Of a stretch of DNA of 64,000 nt, positions 12,801-25,972 are shown one piece after another; within the stretch, counting starts at the first letter, position 1; each line of letters opens with the position of its first letter. The stretch covers positions 744,001 through 808,000 of the forward strand of contig JASTWF010000069.1 of assembly GCA_030390025.1 (NCBI GenBank), written 5' to 3'. The translations under genes and the position numbers were made by a program. The stretch comes from Squalus acanthias (taxonomy: Eukaryota). Below the pieces are notes generated by a model, which worked only from the letters and a program-made list of their open reading frames with translations, had not been told where the DNA came from and did no database searches.

Positions 12801-15800
12801 GGTGCGGCGCTCCCTCACTACTGCCCCTCTGACAGTGCGGCACTCCATCAGTACTTCCCCTCCGTCAGTGCAGCGCTCCATCTGTAATGCCCCCTCCGCC
12901 AGTGCGGCGCTCCCTCAGTACTGCCCCTCCGACAGTGCGGCGCTCACTCAGTACTGCCCCTCCGACAGTGCAGCACCACCTCAGTACTGCCCCTCAGACA
13001 GTGCAGCGTACCCTCAGTACTGCCCCTCGGACAGTGCGGCGCTCCCTCAGTACCGCCCGTCCGACAATGCGGCCCTCCCTCAGTACCGCCTCTCCGACAG
13101 TGCGGCGCTCCCTCATTACTGCCCCCTCCGCCAGTGCGGTGCTCCCTCAGTACTGCCCCTCCGATAGTGCGGCGCTCCCTCAGTACTGCCCCTCCGATAG
13201 TGCAGCGCTCACTCAGTAATGCCTCTCAGACAGTGCGGCGCTCCCTCAGTACTGCCCCTCGGACAGTGCGGCGCTCCCTCAGTACTGCCCCTCCGACAGT
13301 GCGGCGCTCCCTCAGTACTGCCCCTCCGACAGTGCGACGCTCCCGCAGTACTGCCCCTCCGACAGTGCGGCGCTCCCTCAGTACTGCCCCCTCCGACAGT
13401 GCGGCGCTCCCTCAGTACTGCCCCTCCAATAGTGCGGCGCTCACTCAGTACTGCCTCTCAGACTGTGCAGCCTACCCTCAGTAATGCCCCTCGGACAGTA
13501 CGGTGCTCCCTCAGTACTGGTCCTCCGACAGTGCGGCGCTCCCTCAGTACAGGCCCACCGACTATGCGGCACTCCGACTATGCGGCACTCCCTCAGTAAT
13601 GCCCCTCTGACAGTACGGCGCTCCCTCAGTACTGCCCCTCCAACAGTGCAGCGCTCCCTCAGTACTGCCCCTCCGACAGTGCGGCGCTCCATCAGTAATG
13701 CCCCTCTGACAGTGCGGGGTTCAATCAGTACCGCACCTCCGACAGTGCAGTGCTCTCTCAGTACTGCCTCTCCGACAGTGCAGCGCTCCCTCAGTATTGC
13801 ACTTCTGACAGTGCATCATTCCCTCAGTGCTCCCCCTCAGACAGTGCGGCGCTCCCTCAGTACTGCACCCACGACAATGCGGCGCTCCCTCAGTACTGCC
13901 CCTCCGACAGTGCAGCGCTCCCTCAGTAATGCCCCTTCGACAGCGCAGCGCTAACTCAGTATTGCCCCTCCGACAGTGCGACGCTCTCTCAGTACTGCCC
14001 CTCCGACAGTGCGGCGCTCCCTCAGTACTGACACTCCGACAGTGCGGCGCTCCCTTAGTACTGCCCCTCCGACAGTGCAGCGCTCCATCAGTAATGCCCC
14101 ACTGAAAGTGCGGCGCTCCCTCAGTACCGCCCCTCCGACAGTGCGGCGCTCCCTCAGTACCGCCTCTCCGACAGTGCAGCACTCCCACAGCACTGCCCCC
14201 TCCGCCAGTGCGGTGCTCCCTCAGTACTGCCCCTCCGCCAGTTCGGCGCACCCTCAGTACTGCCCCTCAGACAGTGCAGCCTACCCTCAGTACTGCCCCT
14301 CGGACAGTGCGGCGCTCCCTCAGTACTGCCCCTCCGACAGTGCAGCGCTCCCTCAGTACTGCCCCTCCGACAGTGCGCGCTCCCTCAGTACTGCCCCTCC
14401 GACAGTGCGGCGCTCCCTCAGTGCTGTCCCTCCAAAAGTGCGGCGCTCCCTCAGTACTGCCCTCCGACAGTGCGGCGCGCCCTCAGTTCGGCCACTCCGA
14501 CAGTGCGGCGCTAACTCAGTACTGCCCATCCGCCGATGCGGCGCTCCCTCACTACTGCCCCTCTGACAGTGCGGCACTCCATCAGTACTTCCCCTCCGTC
14601 AGTGCAGCGCTCCATCTGTAATGCCCCCTCCGCCAGTGCGGCGCTCCCTCAGTACTGCCCCTCAGACAGTGCAGCGTACCCTCAGTACTGCCCCTCGGAC
14701 AGTGCGGCGCTCCCTCAGTACCGCCCCTCCGACAATGCGGCCCTCACTCAGTACCGCCTCTCCGACAGTGCGGCGCTCCCTCGTTACTGCCCCCTCCGCC
14801 AGTGCGGTGCTCCCTCAGTACTGCCCCTCCGATAGTGTGGCGCTCCCTCAGTACTGCCCCTCCGATAGTGCAGCGCTCACTCAGTAATGCCTCTCAGACA
14901 GTGCGGCGCTCCCTCAGTACTGCCCCTTGGACAGTGCGGCGCTCCCTCAGTACTGCCCCTCCGACAGTGCGGCGCTCCCTCAGTACTGCCCCTCCGACAG
15001 TGCGACGCTCCCGCAGTACTGCCCCTCCGACAGTGCAGCGTACCCTCAGTACTGCCCCTCGGACAGTGCGGCGCTCCCTCAGTACCGCCCCTCCGACAAT
15101 GCGGCCCTCCCTCAGTACCGCCTCTCCGACAGTGCGGCGCTCCCTCATTACTGCCCCCTCCGCCAGTGCAGTGCTCCCTCAGTACTGCCCCTCCGATAGT
15201 GCGGCGCTCCCTCAGTACTGCCCCTCCGATAGTGCAGCGTTCACTCAGTAATGCCTCTCAGACAGTGCGGCGCTCCCTCAGTACTGCCCCTCGGACAGTG
15301 CGGCGCTCCCTCAGTACTGCCCCTCCGGCAGTGCGGCGCTCCCTCAGTACTGCCCCTCCGACAGTGCGACGCTCCCGCAGTACTGCCCCTCCGACAGTGC
15401 AGCGCTCCCTCAGTACTGCCCCCTCCGACAGTGCGGCGCTCCCTCAGTACTGCCCCTCCAATAGTGCGGCGCTCACTCAGTACTGCCTCTCAGACTGTGC
15501 AGCCTACCCTCAGTAATGCCCCTCGGACAGTACGGTGCTCCCTCAGTACTGGTCCTCCGACAGTGCGGCGCTCCCTCAGTACAGGCCCACCGACTATCCG
15601 GCACTCCGACTATGCGGCACTCCCTCAGTAATGCCCCTCTGACAGTACGGCGCTCCCTCATTACTGCCCCTTCGACAGGTCGTGGCTCCCTCAGTACTGC
15701 CCCTCCAACAGTGCGGCGCTCCCTCAGTACTGCCCCTCCGACAGTGCGGCGCTCCATCAGTAATGCCCCTCTGACAGTGCGGGGTTCAATCAGTACCGCA

Positions 15801-18043
15801 CCTCCGACAGTGCAGTGCTCTCTCAGTACTGCCTCTCCGACAGTGCAGCGCTCCCTCAGTATTGCACTTCCGACAGTGCATCATTCCCTCAGTGCTCCCC
15901 CTCAGACAGTGCGGCGCTCCCTCAGTACTGCACCCCGACAATGCGGCGCTCCCTCAGTACTGCCCCTCCGACAGTGCAGCGCTCCCTCAGTAATGCCCTT
16001 TCGACAGCGCAGCGCTAACTCAGTATTGCCCCTCCAACAGTGCGACGCTCTCTCAGTACTGCCCCTCCGATAGTGCGGCGCTCCCTTAGTACTGCCCCTC
16101 CGACAGTGCAGCGCTCCATCAGTAATGCCCCACTGAAAGTGCGGCGCTCCCTCAGTACCGCCCCTCCGACAGTGCGGCGCTCCCTCAGTACCGCCTCTCC
16201 GACAGTGCAGCACTCCCACAGCACTGCCCCCTCCGCCAGTGCGGTGCTCCCTCACTACTGCCCCTCCGCCAGTGCGGCGCTCCCTCAGTACTGCCCCTCA
16301 GACAGTGCAGCCTACCCTCAGTAGTGCCCCACGGACAGTGCGGCGCTCCCTCAGTACTGCCCCTCCGACAGTGCAGCGCTCCCTCAGTACTGCCCCTCCG
16401 ACAGTGCGCGCTCCCTCAGTACTGCCCCTCCGACAGTGCGGCGCTCCCTCAGTACTGTCCCTCCGAAAGTGCGGCGCTCCCTCAGTACTGCCCTCCGACA
16501 GTGCGGCGCGCCCTCAGTTCGGCCACTCCGACAGTGCGACGCTCCCGCAGTACTACCCCTCCGACAGTGCGGCGCTCCCTCAGTACTGCCCCCTCTGCCA
16601 GTGCGGCGCTCCCTCAGTACTGCCCCTCCAATAGTGCGGCGCTCACTCAGTACTGCCTCTCAGACTGTGCAGCCTACCCTCAGTAATGCCCCTCGGACAG
16701 TACGGCGCTCCCTCAGTACTGGTCCTCCGACAGTGCGGCGCTCCCTCAGTACTGACCCACCGACTATGCGGCACTCCGACAGTACGGCGCTCCCTCAGTA
16801 CTGACCCTCCGACAGTGCGGCACTTCATCAGTAATGCCCCTCTGAGAGTTCGGCGCTCCCTCAGTACTGCCCCTCGGACAGTGCGGCGCTCCCTCAGTAC
16901 TGCCCCTCCGACAGTGCGGCGCTCCATCAGTAATGCCCCTCTGACAGTGCGGCGCTCCCTCTTTACCACCCCTCCGACTGTGCAGCGCTCCCTCAGTACT
17001 GGCCCTCCGATAGTGCGGCGCTCCCTCAGTACTGCCCCTCCGACAGTGCGGCGCTCCCTCATGACTGCCCCCTCCGCCAGTGCGGCGCTCCCTCAGTACT
17101 GCCCCTCCGACAGTGCGGCGCTCACTCAGTACTGCCCCTCCGACAGTGCAGCACCAACTCAGTACTGCCCCTCAGACAGTGCAGCGTACCCTCAGTACTG
17201 CCCCTCCGACAGTGCGGCGCTCCCTCAGTACCGCCCCTCCGACAGTGCGGCACTCCCTCAGTACTGCCCCTCCGACAGTGCGGCGCTCCCTCATTACTGC
17301 CCCCTCCGCCAGTGCGGCGCTCCCGCAGTACTGCCCCTCCGATAGTGCGGCACTCACCCAGTACTGCCCCTCAGACAGTGCAGCCTACCCTCAGTACTGC
17401 CCCTCGGACAGTGCGGCGCTCCCTCAGTACTGCCCCTCCGACAGTGCGGCGCTCCCTCAGTACTGCCCCTCCGACAGTGCGGCACTCCCTCAGTACTGCC
17501 CCTCCGACAGTGCTGCGCTCACTCAGTACTGCCCCCGGACAGTGCAGCGCTCCTTCAGTACTGCCCCTCCGAAAGTGCGGCGTTCCCTCAGTACTGCCCC
17601 TCAGACAGTGCAGCGCTCACTCAATACTGCCCCTCCGACAGTGTAGCGCTCCTTCAGTACTGCCCCTCCGACAGTGCGGCGTTCCCTCAGTACTGCCCCT
17701 CCGACGGTGCGGCGCTCCATCAGTAATGCCCCTCTGAAAGTGCGGCGCTCCCTCAGTACTGCCCCTCCGACTGTGCGGCGCTCACTCAGTACTGCCCCTC
17801 CGACAGTGCAGCTCTCCCTCAGTACCTGCCCCTCTGATAGTGCGGCGCTCCCTCATTCCTGCCCCTCCGACAGTGCGGCGTTCCCTCAGTACTGTCCCTC
17901 CGACAGTGCTGCACTCCCTCTGTACTGCCCCTCCGACAGTGCAGCGCTCCCTCAGTATTGCCCCTCCGACAGTGCGGCGCTCCCTCAGTGCAGCCATTCC
18001 GACAGTGCAGCGCTCCCTCAGTACCGCCCCTCCGACAGTGCAG
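9885..18043. repeat. 8.2-kb 33-bp minisatellite array with higher-order blocks, growing out of a SINE remnant (9730-9890)
   Basis: About 245 units. Starts at gaaagacggcacctcc of the SINE and ends at the same CR1 junction as 3346. Confidence 0.97.
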
Positions 18044-19395
18044 TCAAAAGGAGTAACACGGAGAATTGATGAAAGGAATGCAATGGATGTTGTCTACATG
18101 AATTTTTGGATGGCGTTTGACATAGTACCACATAGAAGGCTGGTTAATAAAATTGAGGCTCATGGAATAGGTGGGTCAGTGGCAGCTTGGATAAGGAATT
18201 GGCTTCAGGACAGAAAACAGCGAGTTGTGGTAAATGGCTGTTTTTCAGACTGGAGGATGGTAGACAGTGGTGTTCCCCAAGGGTCAGTGCTGGGGCCAGT
18301 GTTTTATTTGATATATATAAATGACCTAGATATTGGAATATAGAGTAGAATTTCTAAATTTGCCGCTGACACCAAACTTGGGTGTGTGGCAAACAGTGAC
18401 GATGATTCCAATCGACTGCAACAGGACATAGAAAGGCTCGCAGAATGGGCAGATATGTGGCCGATGGAATTTAATACACTGAAGTGTGAGGTGATACATT
18501 TTGGCAGAAGGAACAGGGAGAGGCAATATACACTTAATGGCACAGTTTTAAAGAGTGTGTAGGGACAGAGGGACCTGGGAGTTAATGTGTATAGGTTCCT
18601 GAAGGTGGCGGGACATATTGAGAGAGTGCTTAGCAAAGCAAATGGGATCTTGGGCTTCATAAATAGAGGTCATGATGTGGAGATGCCGGCGTTGGACTGG
18701 GGTGGACAAAAATGAGAAGTCGCACTGTAATTTTAAATAAATCTGTTGGACTATAACCTGGTGTTGTGCGACTTCTCATTTTCATAAATAGAGGCATTGA
18801 GTACAAAAGTAGAGAAGTTATGCTGAACCTTTATAAAGCGCTGGTTCGGCCACAACTGGAGTATTGCATCCAGTTCTGGTCACCACACTTTAGGAAGGAT
18901 GTGAAGGCCCTTGAGAGGTTGCAGAGGAGATTTACCAGAATGGTTCCAGGGATGGGGGATCTTAGCTACAAGGACAGGTTGGAGAAGCTGGATTTGTTTT
19001 CATTAGAGCAAAGGAGGTTGAGGGGTGATTTGATAGAGGTGTACAAGATTATGATGGGTTTGGATAGGCTAGACAGGGAAAGGCTGTTCCCACTAGTTGA
19101 TGGTACAAGGACTAGGGGACGCAGATTAAGGTTTTGGGCAAGAGATACAGAGGGAATGTGAGGAAAAATGTTTTTACGCAGCGAGTGGTGAGGACCTGGA
19201 ACTCGTTGCCGACGGAAGTGGTGGAAGCGGAGACACTCAATGTTTTCAAGGGGAGACTGGATAGGCACTTGAGGGAAATAAACTTGCAGGGCTACGGGGC
19301 TGGAGCGGGGGAATGGGACTGACTGGATTGCTCTACAGAGAGCCGGCACGGACTCGATGGGCCGAATGTGCTCCTTCTGTTCCACATGACTCTAT
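18044..19395 (+). mobile_element. 5'-truncated CR1 LINE, paralogue of 3347-6277
   Basis: Same 5' junction, RT motifs, stops. Confidence 0.93.
18670..18780. mobile_element. 111-bp insertion, probably a Penelope-like element terminus, with a 14-bp target duplication
   Basis: TTCATAAATAGAGG at 18656-18669 and 18781-18794. Internal inverted repeat AAAATGAGAAGTCGCAC / GTGCGACTTCTCATTTT. Family call is from recall only. Confidence 0.6.
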
Positions 19396-20131
19396 GGGGT
19401 AAAAATTGAGTCGCGCCCCATTTGGTGCGCTAACCTCGCCGGGGCGCGACTTTTAGCGCCCCGAAAAAATTAGCGGCCCCGCGCCGGAACTTCAGTGGTT
19501 GCGCCCCAAGAGGGAAGCGGGGCGCCACTGGAAGCACCCCGCATCCCTCTTGGGGCGCTGCGAGGGAATATCCTGGCGCCGCGGTATTGCAGGCCTTCCT
19601 CCCCTTCTTAAAGGGGAGGGACCCTGCGCAGCGCGAACCGGGGCCCAGCTGGGCCCCCAGGGATCGGGAGTGCCGGCAAAAGAGCCCGGCACTCAAGAGA
19701 AGTGCCGGGCTCTTGGAGCGCAGCCGGCACTTCACGGTGGGGGGGCTTCACGGGGGCCGGGGACAGCAACGGGGGCAGGTGCTGGCAGGCGGCCAGCAAC
19801 AAAAATGGCCGCCTGCCACCTCCCCTTTAAATATCGCCGCCCCGGCCGCACGTACGCCTCCCTGAACCCGTCGGACATAGCGTCTGGCGGTAAATCAGGG
19901 GGCGCGACTGAAGATCGCGGCTGGAGCGCGAGCGGGGTGCTGCACACGGCGATGACGTCATCGCCGGCGGCGCAGCGCCACAGGGCGCTACCGGCTGGCG
20001 CCGCCGCTAACCTCCCGCTGAATTTTTCGGGAGGCGTGGGCGGCGCTGCGCCCGGGCGTTAGCTGCTTTACGCCCCATTAGCGCCCTCTTAAGGCGCTAA
20101 CGGGAGGCGCAAGCAGCTGAATTTTTCCCCC
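19396..20131. mobile_element. MITE family B (GC-rich, PIF/Harbinger-like), 3-bp TSD TAT
   Basis: GGGGTAAAAATTGAG ... CTGAATTTTTCCCCC TIRs; TAT on both sides; inserted in the CR1 tail. Confidence 0.82.
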
Positions 20132-20403
20132 TATGACTCTAGTGATTCAGGATGGAGATAGTGGCGTGAGTTCTGACGGATCCTAATCCACTGTTCCTGC
20201 CTTGAAAGTCAGCACAGAATATACCTCAATGGGTGCATCATTTAGGCATTGTGTTGGGTGGAAGACTTCACTGAACATGGTCCTGAGGTCTGTGAGCCAA
20301 TATAGAATGAACTGTTCCACTCCCGTGCCGAGGATTCCCTTCCATCCGTTGGTTGATGGAGCCATCTGTTGGGTCAAGAATTGTCTTCACATACAGAAAC
20401 ATT

Positions 20404-21168
20404 GGCCCAGAAATTTGACTCGGAGGCTTGCCGCAGGGGTAAGGATCGCGCGCGATGTTACCTACCGCGCCTGCCGTTGTGTTTCGGGCCCACAGGATCT
20501 TCGGGTCCTGGGTCTCTCCCTGGTGCCGGCGCGCAGTGTGTGCGTGTCCCAGGGGCGCAGTTAGTGCGATGCGACCTCTGGAATCACGTGGGCCATGGAG
20601 AGCCAATGGCATCATGCCATCTTTCATTCATAGATTTGACAGGAGACCTGTCAAATCTATGAATACAGATTGCCCCCTAAAGAACAGCTAAACATCAAAT
20701 AAATTTAAAAATAAACCCGTCACATTAATAAAATAATTATAGTTAAATAAATTAACCACTTTAAAAAAAATTAAAATTTTTGATAAAATTTAAATTCTTT
20801 TTAAAAGTTATAAAAATAAACTTACCTTTCTTTAAAGGCTCTAAAAAAGAGAAACCTGTTGAAAAAAATGTAAAATTATACTTAATTAACTACTTACCTT
20901 GTTAAAAGGGGGTCTTACGCCTCCTTTTTACTTGTGTAAAATCTTCCATACTTAACCTCGCGTTGAAACCTGAAAAAAAACCTAAGTGTGCTGCGTGCGC
21001 GCAGCCTCTAGTGCGCACGCGGTTCACCTAGGAACCGCCCCCTTCGCCATACCGGAAGTGCAGGTTTCCCGCGCATGCGCAGTGCATGCAGGAAACCGGC
21101 ACTTCGGGACTGAATACGGGTGAGTACACAAGCGGGTACTCTCCCGTATTCGGACGAATTTTTGGGCC
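20404..21168. mobile_element. MITE family A (duplicate of 6545-7308)
   Basis: GGCCCAGAAATT / AATTTTTGGGCC TIRs at the same insertion site. Confidence 0.82.
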
Positions 21169-21520
21169 AATTGTGTGCTGAGGAAAAGGCATGAGGACAG
21201 GCGGGTGCGATGTCCACGGGCAAGGTGACTATGAGTCTGTCCGACATGTGGGTTCACTATAATGCTCCCCAATCACAGAACACGGTGCGCAGTGTTTGAT
21301 ATTCATTCTTGGATTGTGTTGTCTCAGTAGCTCTTGTCCTTCTGGGTGGTAGAGGTCGCAGGGGAGGGCGGTGCTGTCAATGTAACCTTGGTGAGTTCCT
21401 TGTGTGTCCTGTAGATGGTCCACACTGCAGACACTGTGCGCCAGTGACGGAGGGGGTGGATATCGAGTCCAGTGGAGCGACAAGCCATCCAGTGCTAAAT
21501 ATTGATATTTCTCTCCCCAG

Positions 21521-21886
21521 CTGTATTGTCAGAAGAGTGGAAAGGCGAGACTCCACGAGAGGTGACAGCACAGGAAGGTTTGTGTGCACAGATTCCATGT
21601 CATTACACTTATCCATCGCGTCTGGCAAACAAACCACGAGTTGGAATCTGGATTAATTATGGGGAACGGAGATCATGGTCTATAACCTTTCACTCCAAGT
21701 ATCACAATCACCTGTTGCCACAGTTTCACCATCGGACCCGGCTCTCTGGAGACCTGAGAGATGGTGACTGTTCCCTGATTATAAACAACATCACACAGCG
21801 AGACGCAGGACCTTATTATTTCAGAATAGAATTTGACAACTGGAATCAGTTTGACTACTGGCCTGGAACACAGCTTCATGTTTCTG
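21521..21886 (+). CDS. Siglec V-set exon (copy 2)
   Basis: Same splice sites as copy 1. Six aa differences from copy 1; essential Arg retained. Confidence 0.93.
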
Positions 21887-23247
21887 GTAAGTGCTGGGTT
21901 ATAATTACTCCACAATTCACGCTCAACAGTCAGTGGGAAATAACATAAACTGTGGCGGTTACACATTAACACAAAACACAGCTTATTATAACACAGCGTC
22001 TGATTATCAATAACCTGGCGATACCTTCCAGTTCAGTCCTAAAGCAACCTCTAATACTCACTTTATTATCAATGATTGAATGTCTTGACTGTGTCCATCA
22101 TTGTTATCAGGTTATCGACTCCCATCTATCTCTCTAATCGTGTTTAAAAGTCTTACATACAGACAAAAGACAGTCTCACATTTCTCCAGCACCTTTCACC
22201 ACCTCAGGAGGTCCCAAAGCGCTTCACAGACAATGCAGTTATTTTTTTGAAGTGTGGTCACTGTTGTAATGTAGGAAACGTGGCAGCTAGTTTGTGCACA
22301 GCAAGCTCCCACAAACAGCAATGTAATAATGACCAGATCATTTGGTTTAACACTTCAAAAGTACTTCATTGGCTGTGAAGCACTTTGGGTCATCCTGAGG
22401 TCATGAAATGCACTGTGGGAATGCAAGTCTTTCTTTTAAGTGTTGGTTGAGGGATAATTGCAAATTGTTTCTGTTCTGCCGTGGAGAGGATTTAATTTAA
22501 CATTGCAGGAGATCTCTGAGCGAGTGGAGAGCCAGTGTTCCTGGGGCTGTGAACAGGTCCTCCACCCCCACCCAGTATAGTCAATTCAAGGGTGTCGGAG
22601 AGAAAGTGTATTAAGCTCAGTGACACGACACTCCGCCAATACTGGAAATAGGAAACAATATCTTCTTACAGATTCACACAAAGTTACATAGAGTCTGCCG
22701 CACAGAAAGAGGCCATTCAGCACAACTGGTCCATCCCGCTGTTTATGCTCCACACCAGCCTCCTCCCAACCCTTTTCATCTCACCCCATCAACATATCCT
22801 TCTATTCCTTTCTCCCTCGTGTGTTTATTCAGCTTCCCCTTAAATGCATCTCTGCTATTCGCCTCAACCACTCCCTGTGGTAGCGAGTTCCCCATTCTCA
22901 CCACTCTCTGGGGAAAGAAGTTTCTCCTGAATTCCCTATTGGATTTATCAGTGACTATCTTATATTGATGGCCCCTAGTTCTGGTCTCCCCCACAAGTGG
23001 AAACATCTTCTCTACGTCTACCCTATCGAAACCCTTCATAATTTTAAAGACCTCTATCAGGTCACCCCTCAGCCTTCTCTTTTCTAGAGAAAAGAGCCCC
23101 AGCCTGTTCAATCTTTCCTGATCGTTGTAACCTCTCAGTTCTGGTATTATCCGTGTAAAAGTACTTTCTCTTGCGGGACTGTGATTTCTATTTGAACTGA
23201 TGCCTCACGTTATATTTATCTAAAAGGTTCCATTCTCTGTGTGTTAG

Positions 23248-23541
23248 ATTTCACAGATAAACCCAGGATATTCCCTGCTGAAATGATTGCAGGAAAGCGT
23301 GTGAACGTAAGCTGCACCTTCAACACCACGTGCACTGGAACGGCACCTGTCTTAACCTGGGTCAATCCCACTGACGCACCCGGGTCAGTCTCAAACAGTG
23401 TAACTCAGCATAGCGTCACTCTGACATATACTTCTGTTCTGTCCCTGATTCCATCACTCAAACACCACGGACCAACTCTCACCTGCAGAGTCAGATATCC
23501 ATCTGTTTCATCGGAGCAGACCCTCGCACTCACTGTGCAAT
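23248..23541 (+). CDS. Siglec C2-set exon (copy 2)
   Basis: Same splice sites, 294 nt, open. Confidence 0.93.
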
Positions 23542-23744
23542 GTAAGTACGGACATCCTTAATTCTACATTACCCGTGAATGTCTACTTTGCGCACAGCAA
23601 GATCCCACAAGCAGCAATGGTTCTGATGTCAAGATCATCTGTATTTTACAGATAGGACTCTTCATTGAATAGTGTCATGGGATCTTTTCCATCCACCTGA
23701 GAGGGCAGACGTTCCCTCGGTGTAATGTCTCATGTGAAAGACAG

Positions 23745-24336
23745 CACTTCCAACAGTGCGGCGCTCCCTCAGTACTGTCCCTCCGACAGTGCAGCACTCC
23801 CTCAGTACTGCCCTTCCGACAGTGCAGCGCTCCCTCAGTACTGCCCCTCCGACATTGCGGCGCTCCCTCAGTACTGCCCCTCCGACATTGCGGCGTTCCC
23901 TCAGTACTGCCCCTCCGACATTGCGGCGCTCCCTCAGTACTGCCCCTCCGACAGTGCGGCGCTCCCTCAGTACTGCCCCTCCGACAGTGCAGCTCTCCCT
24001 CAGTAATGCCCCTCCGACAGTGCGGCGCTCCCTCAGTAATGCCCCTCCGACAGTGCGGCGCTCCCTCAGTACTGCCCCTCCGACAGTGCGGCGCTCCCTC
24101 AGTACTGCCCCTCCGACAGTGCGGCGCTCCCTCAGTACTGCCCCTCCGACAGTGCAGCGCTCCCTCATTACTGCCCCTCCGACAATGCGGCACTTCCTCA
24201 GTACTGCCCCTCCGACAGAGCGGCGCTCCCTCAGTACTGCCACTCCGACAGTGTGGTGCTCCCTCAGTACTGCCCCTCCGACAGTGCGGCGCTCCCTCAG
24301 TACTGACCTTCCGACAGTGCGGCGCTCCCTCAGTAC
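23745..24336. repeat. 33-bp minisatellite (~18 units) after C2 copy 2
   Basis: Same unit; preceded by a SINE remnant at 23590-23745. Confidence 0.95.
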
Positions 24337-25307
24337 CAATCATCTTCGGCTGCTTCATCAATGACCTTCCCTCCAACATCAGGTCAGAAATGGGGATGTT
24401 CGCTGATGACTGCACAATTTTCAGCGCCATTCGCAACTTGTCAGATAATGAAGCAGTCCATGCCCCCATGCAACAAGACCTGGATGACATTCAGGCTTGG
24501 GCTGATAAGTGGCAGGTAACATTCATGTCACACAAGTGCCAGGCAATGACTATCTCCAACAAGCGAGAGTCTAAACACCGTCCCTTGACATTCAATTGCA
24601 TTACCTTTGCCGAATTCCCCCACCATCAACATCCTGGGGGTCACCATTGAACAGAAACTTAACTGGACCAGCCACATAAATACTGTGGCCACAAGAGCAG
24701 GTCAGAGGCTGGGTATTCTTCAGCGAGTGTCTCATCTCCTGACTCCCCAAAGCCTTTCCACCATCTACAAGGCACAAGTAAGTAGTGTGATGGAACATTC
24801 TCCACTTGCCTGGACGAGTGCAGCTCCAACAACACTCAAGAAGCTCGACACCATCCAAGCAAAGCAGCCCGCTTGATTGGCACCCCATCCACCAGCTTAA
24901 ACATTCACTCCCTCCACCACCGGCGCACCGTGGCTGCAGTGTGTACCATCTACAAGATGCACTGCAGCAACTCGCCAAGGCTTCTTCGGCAGCACCTCCC
25001 AAACCCGCGACCTCTTCCACCTAGAAGGACAAGGGCAGCAGGCGCATGGGAACACCACCACCTCCAAGTTCCCCTCCAAGTCACACACCATCCTGACTTG
25101 GAGATATATCGGCGATCCTTCATCGTCGCTGGGTCAAAATCCTGGAACTCCCTCCCTAACAGCACTGTGGGAGCACCTTCACCACACGGACTGCAGCGGT
25201 TCAAGAAGGCGGCTCACCACCACCTTCTCAAGGGGCATCTAGGGATGGGCAATAAATGCCGGCCTTGCCAGCGACGCCCACATCCCGAGAATGAATTAAA
25301 AATAAAA
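24337..25307 (+). mobile_element. L2/CR1-group LINE 3' fragment (distinct family)
   Basis: FINDLP...MFADD RT motif; tail GGCAATAAATGCCGGCCTTGCCAGCGACGCCCACATCCC. Confidence 0.85.
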
Positions 25308-25972
25308 TTTACAGGACAGAAATTATTTTGTGATTCACGTGAGATGGTGTGTGTACGTGAGAAGTGAGCTGGATCAAGTCATTTCCCTCAAGCCTGTGAT
25401 CGCTCCCTGAGTAAAGATGACTTGATTCGCGCAGTGCACTGTACTGGCTACTTCATCTCACCCCATCAACACATCCTTCTATTCCTTTCTCCCTCGTGTG
25501 TTTATCCAGCTTCCCCTTAAATGCATCGCTGCGATTCGCCGCAACCACTCCCTGCGGTGGCGAGTTCCACATTCTCCCCACTCTCTGGGTAACGAGCAGA
25601 AGTGATTATTAAGCGGGGCGTGTAACGGGAGTCCGATCCGATAGCGCCCCAACTGCACAACTGCCCGTCATGAATTTTCACCCTGTGATAAATGTTTCCA
25701 GATCATTCTACAGCACAACCCTGCACACGTCAATAGATCAGGCCCTTGGACAGGGTGTAAAACAGTCCACTAACGCCAGCGTTCCACCCTGAGGAGCGAG
25801 TTACAATTGCTCCCTCTCACAGTGTTTGCCATGAAATCATTCCTTACAGATGTTTTAGTCGATGTATGAATGTGACACCAAATATTCCAGTAATATTAAG
25901 CTTGATTGCTGATCGCACAGCGAGGGATCGAAAGCGGAGAGTAAGTCATCGTTTCTTGCTGTATGTTTCCAG

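Noticed and set aside
1-18043. Long Ser/Thr/Pro/Arg-rich ORFs (up to 587 aa) resembling mucins, and CRISPR-like periodicity
   Set aside because: The 33-bp unit is a multiple of 3 and stop-free in all frames, so ORFs are automatic. Units are head-to-tail with no unique spacers, and the DNA is eukaryotic.
25850-25863. Possible linker micro-exon (ccttacag|ATGTTTTAGTCGAT|gtatga)
   Set aside because: At 14 nt it would shift the TM exon out of frame. Not called without cDNA, but worth checking for a 1-nt error or null allele.
25921-25972. GTAAGT donor at 25941
   Set aside because: It is only 32 nt from the TM acceptor, too short for a normal vertebrate intron.
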